This document shows, one piece after another, positions 7,745-12,715 of a stretch of 12,715 nt of DNA. The stretch covers positions 1 to 12,715 of the forward strand of contig JBDKUN010000040.1 in NCBI GenBank assembly GCA_039679675.1, written 5' to 3'. How positions within the stretch are numbered: position 1 is the first letter of the stretch; every line of letters begins with the position of its first letter. This DNA is from Armatimonadota bacterium. GTDB lineage: Bacteria > Armatimonadota > UBA5829 > DTLH01. The position numbers and the translations under genes were made by a program. Below the pieces are notes generated by a model. That model had not been told where the DNA came from and did no database searches. It saw nothing but the letters and a program-made list of their open reading frames with translations.

Positions 7745-8611
7745 ATGCGAAAAGTATTATCTATCGGGCTATTGCTCGCGGTCTTACTTTGCACCTTTTC
7801 AGTTGCGCAGGCAGCAGGCGTCAATCTGGCATTCAAATACAAGGCCGGTGAGGTGTGTAATTACAAAGTTGTCTCGACCATGTGCGTGAATATACCCGGC
7901 TCGAACAGGCCGATGGAAATGCATATGAGCGGTGACATCACCGAAAAAGTCCTCGCAGTCAAAAAAGATGGTAATATAAAGCTTCAGATTAAAATGAGAA
8001 ATATGAAAACAGTTATGACTGGCGGCCCTAACGGTCAAAGCAGCCGTAAGATTCCTGACCAAACTTCAACAATTACTATCAATAAATACGGTAGGGTGAT
8101 TTCATCAGGCAATAAATCTTCATCTTTTGTTGATTCTGCATCTAGCGGCGATTTGAGCTCGATCATGTCCAATGTCGCACACTACGGCTTACTTCTCCCC
8201 GGAAAAACCATAAGCGCTGGAAATAACTGGAAGCAAGTGGTCCCAATCCCAAATACAAATGCCAAGATCAATATAATCAATACACTGCTCGCCGCTTCAG
8301 TTCCTTATGGCAAACAACAGGCTTCGAAAATCAAGCAATCGGCCAGTGCGAAAATGGATTTGGCGACGATTATGGCGGCTTCTATGAAAAATAGAGGCGG
8401 TGTGTCCTCATTTAAAGACATCAAGGGATCGGTGAATGTAAGCGGGTCAACCGTCTACCACTTCTCTGCTGCACAAGGAAAGCTGCTGAAGTCCAGCGGC
8501 AGTTATAAAGTCGTTACCAAGATAGTTATGCCTCAATCAGCCCGCAAGCAAGGCGCGCCTGCAAACATAAATACAGTATCTACCATTACTGCTTCTATGA
8601 TAAAGAAATAG
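7745..8611 (+). CDS. Secreted hypothetical protein, basic and beta-rich (possibly DUF6263-like)
   Basis: AAGGAG at 7733-7738 supports ATG 7745. Signal peptide MRKVLSIGLLLAVLLCTFSVAQA. The mature start VNLAFKYKAGE and LPGKTISAGNNW resemble DUF6263-type proteins; the family call is tentative. Confidence 0.8.
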   Translation: MRKVLSIGLLLAVLLCTFSVAQAAGVNLAFKYKAGEVCNYKVVSTMCVNIPGSNRPMEMHMSGDITEKVLAVKKDGNIKLQIKMRNMKTVMTGGPNGQSSRKIPDQTSTITINKYGRVISSGNKSSSFVDSASSGDLSSIMSNVAHYGLLLPGKTISAGNNWKQVVPIPNTNAKINIINTLLAASVPYGKQQASKIKQSASAKMDLATIMAASMKNRGGVSSFKDIKGSVNVSGSTVYHFSAAQGKLLKSSGSYKVVTKIVMPQSARKQGAPANINTVSTITASMIKK

Positions 8612-8641
8612 CGGAAGTAATTTGGTAAACATGAGAATCTT

Positions 8642-8684
8642 CTACTTGAGTTACAGGTGCAACTAACACCTGTAACTCAAGTAG
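8642..8684. repeat. Perfect 18-bp inverted repeat (terminator-like or cruciform)
   Basis: CTACTTGAGTTACAGGTG-caactaa-CACCTGTAACTCAAGTAG, 30 nt after the stop at 8611. Confidence 0.85.
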
Positions 8685-8835
8685 TGATACATTCCACGTA
8701 TCGAACAATTGTTGTTGTGCTCCTTTTCTCTTTAGCCGCAAGCAAAATATGCCGACAATCTAAAAATGGTGCTGATGCGGCAATTGATGTGGTTGTTTTG
8801 CCGCATGCCTGATTATATTCAAGGGGGATTGTAAG

Positions 8836-10992
8836 CTGGCCAACTCGAGTAAAACCAAAAAAGTGCCAAGACGTGCGCATTCCAAGTTAAGCGCTCATAG
8901 ACTGGCTTCTGCAAGAAAACTACCTTTTATTATAATACTACCTCTTCTCATATACGGCTTCATCAGCTACAGGGTATCTGTTACACGTTTCAATGCGCAA
9001 GAGTCCATAGAGCGTAAAAGAGATATGCAAATATGCACATCTATGCTCAATGATCAGTGCATATCCCTTAATGAATATTTGACTGACTATGCCCTTTGGG
9101 ATGAGACCTGGAACGCTGTCGATCACCCGGATAAAACGTGGCTGAAGGAAAATCTTACTGGTTGGCTTCCTGAACACTTTGGGGTGCAAGTCGTCGTTCT
9201 GACCGATAAAAACCTGAAGATAATTGCTTCTTCCGGGTTGAACAATAAGCTCAGAGAGATTATTGTGAGACAGATGGCCATTCAGTCAGCGGCCAGGGGA
9301 AGACGATCATCCGGCTATATTCGATTCGGAAATACTATCTATATGATAGCTACTGCTCCTGTATTGAATTCCTCAGGAAAAGGGCCGGTAAACGGGACAT
9401 TGACTGTCGCCAAAATACTGGATAGAAAAATCATATCAAAGATTGCATCGACTGCGAATTTAGGGCTGGCTTTATATGTTGGTGACAAAGCAATCGTCTG
9501 CGACCGCGTGACAACCGCAGATCTTCTTCCAAAAGATACATCGGCGGATAATTTGGACAACGTGAAAAACGGTGGTGCGGTAGTTCGCGTCGGCAGTGAC
9601 CATAAGCGTGTGTATGTGTGGCATGGTCTTAAAGACTGGAATGATGTGCCTATTGCTTCATTTGTAACGATTACGCCCAGGAACAAGATTATAGATGCCG
9701 CAAGGACGACCAAGATGGTATCATTTGCGATTATCTTGTGCTGTTTGATTATGGCGCTCCTGGTTATGTTTCAATCGAGAGTATACAAACTTGCCCAACA
9801 TGCGATGATTGATGAGCTGACTGGTGTATATAACCACAGGTATATGCAGGAACGGCTGAGCCAGGAGTTGAACCGGTCGAAACGTTACCACCGATCCCTT
9901 GCAATTGCGCTTCTCGACATAGATCATTTCAAGCAGATCAACGATGAGTATGGCCATCAGGTCGGAGATCAGGCCCTCAGCCAATTGGCGCAGCTTTTAC
10001 AGGATATGGTAAGAGAGGCCGATGTAGTGGCAAGGTATGGCGGCGAAGAGTTCATGATCATCATGCCTGAAACGAAGCTGAGGTCAGCCATGGCAGCCGC
10101 CGAGCGTATGCGGAAAAAGGTCGAAGACAACGTGTTCGAAATGAAGGTCGCTGGAACAAAGGGCCGAAGCAGTTCGAAGCTGTCAATAGAGTTTACCGTG
10201 AGCCTGGGAGTAGCTGCTTATCCGGCACATGCGATGCGTGGCGATGAACTTATTATGGCTGCCGATCTGGCGCTTTTCGCGGCAAAGAATGCATCCAGAA
10301 ACGCAGTCCGATCGTATAATATAGTACAGGATCAGGAGCCGGCAAGCGCAGATGGTCCTGTTACTATTCACCTTGCGATGAGAGAAGGCAGTCTCTCTGC
10401 CATTAGGGCACTTGCAGCTGCTGTAGATGCGCGCGATCCGCTTATGCGCGGTCACTCCGAGAAGGTTGCCGTTTGCGCACTTGCTCTAGGCCAGCATCTC
10501 AAGCTATCAGGTGAAGAAATGAGCACACTGAGGACTGCGGCGCTGCTTCATGATGTCGGAAGGATAGCGGTTCCAGACGATATTCTCCGCAAACCAGGAT
10601 CGCTCAGTGAAGATGAACTTGCAGTTGTACGACAACACAGCGTTATAGGAGATGAAATACTCTCAAATGCGCCCCAGCTAAAGCAGGTGGCGAGAATTGT
10701 TCGGCATCATCATGAAAGATACGATGGTACAGGATATCCTGACGGGATCGCAGGCGAAGAAATCCCGATTTTATCGAGGATAATCGCAGTAGCGGACGCA
10801 TATGCTGCAATGACAAGTGACAGAGCATATCGCGCAGCAATTGGCTCAAATGATGTTCTGAAAAATATGAAGGAACACGTTGGCTGCCAGTTCGACCCAA
10901 AGATATTCGACGTATTCGTGTATCTGGAGAACTCTGGAAAACTCGGAAAACTACTTAAATCACTGCAGGACGAAATGGACAAAGCAGCGTAA
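8836..10992 (+). CDS. Membrane-bound CHASE4 sensor, GGDEF diguanylate cyclase and HD-GYP domain protein
   Basis: Two TM segments flank a CHASE4-like region (DYALWDETW). GGDEF domain: DELTGVYNHR, DIDHFKQINDEYGHQVGD, READ I-site, RYGGEEF (GGEEF at 10039-10053). HD-GYP domain: LLHDVG, HHERYDGTGYPDG. Start uncertain: CTG 8836 (has an SD) or GTG 8863 (ORF track). Confidence 0.93.
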   Translation: MANSSKTKKVPRRAHSKLSAHRLASARKLPFIIILPLLIYGFISYRVSVTRFNAQESIERKRDMQICTSMLNDQCISLNEYLTDYALWDETWNAVDHPDKTWLKENLTGWLPEHFGVQVVVLTDKNLKIIASSGLNNKLREIIVRQMAIQSAARGRRSSGYIRFGNTIYMIATAPVLNSSGKGPVNGTLTVAKILDRKIISKIASTANLGLALYVGDKAIVCDRVTTADLLPKDTSADNLDNVKNGGAVVRVGSDHKRVYVWHGLKDWNDVPIASFVTITPRNKIIDAARTTKMVSFAIILCCLIMALLVMFQSRVYKLAQHAMIDELTGVYNHRYMQERLSQELNRSKRYHRSLAIALLDIDHFKQINDEYGHQVGDQALSQLAQLLQDMVREADVVARYGGEEFMIIMPETKLRSAMAAAERMRKKVEDNVFEMKVAGTKGRSSSKLSIEFTVSLGVAAYPAHAMRGDELIMAADLALFAAKNASRNAVRSYNIVQDQEPASADGPVTIHLAMREGSLSAIRALAAAVDARDPLMRGHSEKVAVCALALGQHLKLSGEEMSTLRTAALLHDVGRIAVPDDILRKPGSLSEDELAVVRQHSVIGDEILSNAPQLKQVARIVRHHHERYDGTGYPDGIAGEEIPILSRIIAVADAYAAMTSDRAYRAAIGSNDVLKNMKEHVGCQFDPKIFDVFVYLENSGKLGKLLKSLQDEMDKAA

Positions 10993-11005
10993 CAGGGGAT
11001 ATGGG

Positions 11006-11779
11006 CTAAATAACGAATTTGATCAATCTGATGGTAGTTCCCTCAAAGAATTGAAAAGATACTTCGTCCATGCAATGGCGCATGAGCCGTATTCCCATCC
11101 CGCCTTCAGGCAGTAATGAGTCTGTGCATGAGATCGCTGCTGTGTCCGGATTGAAACCGGGCCCAGTATCGGTCATTTCTATTACCAGCTTATCTCCGGT
11201 AGCAAGAACCCGGATTGTAACTCTCGCATCAGGATTATCTCGGCATCCATGCCGGATTGCGTTAGATACAGCTTCTCCCACAGCCAGTTTTATGTCACCC
11301 AACTCACTATCTGTGAACCGCATTCTTGAAGCAGTCTCTGCTATCCTGTCTCTGACTATCTTACAGGAATCCAGGCTGCCTGCAACTGAGAAAGAACGGA
11401 GTTCAAAATCATTTGTCGATACAAAACAATCGGTAATCGGCTGGCGGTCGCGATGAGGGGGGATACTGAACTCTTCTGACTGGTGGATTATATCGGAGTA
11501 ACCGGAAATTTCGAATAAGCGTTTGACCAAAGGGTTAATAGAGACAACTTTAAACCCGCCACGGCTTTCACTGAATTGATTGCACCATCTGATAACGGCA
11601 AGAATCCCCTCAGAGTCCATAGATCTGACTCCGGCAAGGTCAATTTCAGGGGAATTATACCCTGATTCATGGAGCTTTTGGAGAACATCTGCTGCTCTTT
11701 CGCATCCATCGGAGTCCAGTTCACCGACAAGTGTTACCATCGGAGGGTACATTATATCAACGCTGTCAATTACTGCCAT
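11006..11779 (-). CDS. STAS (anti-sigma antagonist) fused to RsbW/SpoIIAB-type serine kinase (anti-sigma factor)
   Basis: N-half LVGELD...IDLAGVRSMDSEG...NPLVKRLFEISG is STAS. C-half DIKLAVGEAVSNAIRHG, DTGPGF, EGGMGIRLMRHCMDEV is a HATPase_c RsbW-type domain. ATG 11779 is preferred over GTG 11881, which lies inside the predicted promoter. Confidence 0.9.
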   Translation of the reverse strand: MAVIDSVDIMYPPMVTLVGELDSDGCERAADVLQKLHESGYNSPEIDLAGVRSMDSEGILAVIRWCNQFSESRGGFKVVSINPLVKRLFEISGYSDIIHQSEEFSIPPHRDRQPITDCFVSTNDFELRSFSVAGSLDSCKIVRDRIAETASRMRFTDSELGDIKLAVGEAVSNAIRHGCRDNPDARVTIRVLATGDKLVIEMTDTGPGFNPDTAAISCTDSLLPEGGMGIRLMRHCMDEVSFQFFEGTTIRLIKFVI

Positions 11780-11871
11780 TGTTCTACTCGAAAAGCCGTA
11801 TAAAACGCCGTCACTGTAACGGTGGACGGCGCAAAGATCAATAGTAATAAGGTATAATAATTTCCAACAGC

Positions 11872-11901
11872 ATTCTAGCACCCCTGTAAATAGTCAGTCA
11901 A
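11872..11901 (-). promoter_or_regulatory. Putative sigma70 promoter for the STAS-RsbW gene
   Basis: - strand: TTGACT (11901-11896), 18 nt spacer, TAGAAT (11877-11872) with TGn extension. Confidence 0.65.
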
Positions 11902-11904
11902 GCG

Positions 11905-11933
11905 TTGACTTGGATTTATAGCAGTGCTAAACT
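11905..11933 (+). promoter_or_regulatory. Putative sigma70 promoter for purO
   Basis: TTGACT (11905-11910), 17 nt spacer, TAAACT (11928-11933) with TGn extension. AGGAGG at 11948-11953. Confidence 0.7.
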
Positions 11934-11958
11934 GACACCATAAAAATAGGAGGCTTTG

Positions 11959-12564
11959 ATGTACGTCGGTAGAATAGTAGTCGTCGGAAAAACAGATAGA
12001 CCATTTGTTGCTTATCGGGTATCATCCCGTTCGTTTCCAAACCGTGTAGCTCGCATCACGCCTGATGGTGTCGCTATACAACCGCTTGACCCTGCTGAGA
12101 TAGAAAAGAACCCTTACATTGCTTACAATTGTGTCCGGGTATCTAATAATGGCGCAGTAGTCTCTAACGGCAGCCATACAGATCCGATTTATCGTATGCT
12201 TGAAGAAGGCGCTTCGCCGGAAGCCGCGCTTCACGATGTGCTTCAAAAGATGGGCTATGAGCGGGATCAGTATAATACTCCGAGAATAGCCGGAATAGTT
12301 ACACCGGAAAAGGGCTATTTGGGGATTGTTCGGGACAACGGTATCGAAGTCGAAGGTTTCGAACTTAAAGATAAGTCCTGCAAAGTAATCTGCACATATG
12401 AACTCAACACTATTGAAGAAATATATCATCCATTCTGTGCGACTACAGCGCTTGATGCAGCGAAGTTTGTTGTGAACGGTGGCTTCTTCGATACATTGGA
12501 GCGGCCGATATGCTCCGCGGCATGGATGGATGAGTTTGCAGTATATAATCCGCACGAAAAGTAG
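11959..12564 (+). CDS. purO: Archaeal-type IMP cyclohydrolase
   Basis: PurO signature motifs MYVGR, YRVSSRSFPNR, NPYIAYNC, SNGSHTDPI, YERDQYNTPRIAG and TYE. About 200 aa with an AGGAGG RBS. Confidence 0.93.
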   Translation: MYVGRIVVVGKTDRPFVAYRVSSRSFPNRVARITPDGVAIQPLDPAEIEKNPYIAYNCVRVSNNGAVVSNGSHTDPIYRMLEEGASPEAALHDVLQKMGYERDQYNTPRIAGIVTPEKGYLGIVRDNGIEVEGFELKDKSCKVICTYELNTIEEIYHPFCATTALDAAKFVVNGGFFDTLERPICSAAWMDEFAVYNPHEK

Positions 12565-12579
12565 GGAACAGATCTAAGG

Positions 12580-12628
12580 GTTGTATTTGGTAACAGTTCA
12601 GCATAACATTATACTGAACTACCACAAC
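12580..12628. terminator. Imperfect hairpin downstream of purO
   Basis: AGTTCAG (12595-12601) pairs with CTGAACT (12614-12620), extended by TGGT/ACCA and GTTG/CAAC. No U-tract. Confidence 0.35.
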
Positions 12629-12715
12629 GTCATGCTGAGCTTGACTCAGCATCCAGGAAAAGAATGGACCCTGAATCTATGGATTTTCGGCTATAGCCGA
12701 AAATCTTCCGGGCGA
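12628..12715. repeat. Composite REP-like palindromic element, truncated by the window edge
   Basis: CGTC-ATGCTGAG-cttga-CTCAGCAT-CCAG..TGGA-CCCTGAA..TTCCGGG-CGA, enclosing the perfect 24-bp palindrome GATTTTCGGCTATAGCCGAAAATC (12682-12705). Confidence 0.7.

Noticed and set aside
11875..11893. CTAGCACCCCTGTAAATAG resembling CTAGTAATACCCTGTAAAAT at 372-391, a possible IS end
   Set aside because: The match is short, and the 11875 copy is explained as the -10 and spacer of the minus-strand promoter.
11780..11955. ZMP/ZTP or purine riboswitch upstream of purO, or c-di-GMP-I riboswitch suggested by GGCGCAAAG
   Set aside because: No CGCCUGGGC-type ZTP 3' motif, the predicted purO leader is only about 20 nt, and the GGCAAA/GAAA elements of c-di-GMP-I are absent.
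12022..12555. 177-aa minus-strand ORF
   Set aside because: Antisense shadow of purO.
1..12715. CRISPR array, tRNA/rRNA, or defence/toxin-antitoxin system
   Set aside because: No regularly spaced direct repeats, cloverleaf or rRNA-like sequence, and no nuclease or toxin motifs were recognised.

Overview
Bacterial chromosomal window with ten complete protein-coding genes, an IS-debris left edge and a palindromic repeat at the right edge. Left edge: the start of an IS630-family transposase (- strand, running off the window), whose putative terminus abuts a truncated IS21-family istA fragment. Neither is in the supplied ORF track. The genes, in order: an EamA/DMT transporter with a His-rich tail; a PAP2 phosphatase fused to an ICMT/PEMT-type membrane methyltransferase; a membrane-anchored hypothetical protein; glutamine-dependent NAD synthetase (nadE); a GlsB/YeaQ/YmgE membrane protein; a secreted GHL10 glycoside hydrolase with a CBM9-like domain; a secreted basic hypothetical protein; a CHASE4-GGDEF-HD-GYP protein; a STAS plus RsbW-kinase fusion; and an archaeal-type IMP cyclohydrolase (purO). 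The most unusual items are the PAP2-methyltransferase fusion, the one-polypeptide partner switch, purO in a bacterial context, the nested IS junction and the composite terminal palindrome. No rRNA, tRNA or CRISPR array was seen. All calls come from reading motifs by eye; no searches were run.
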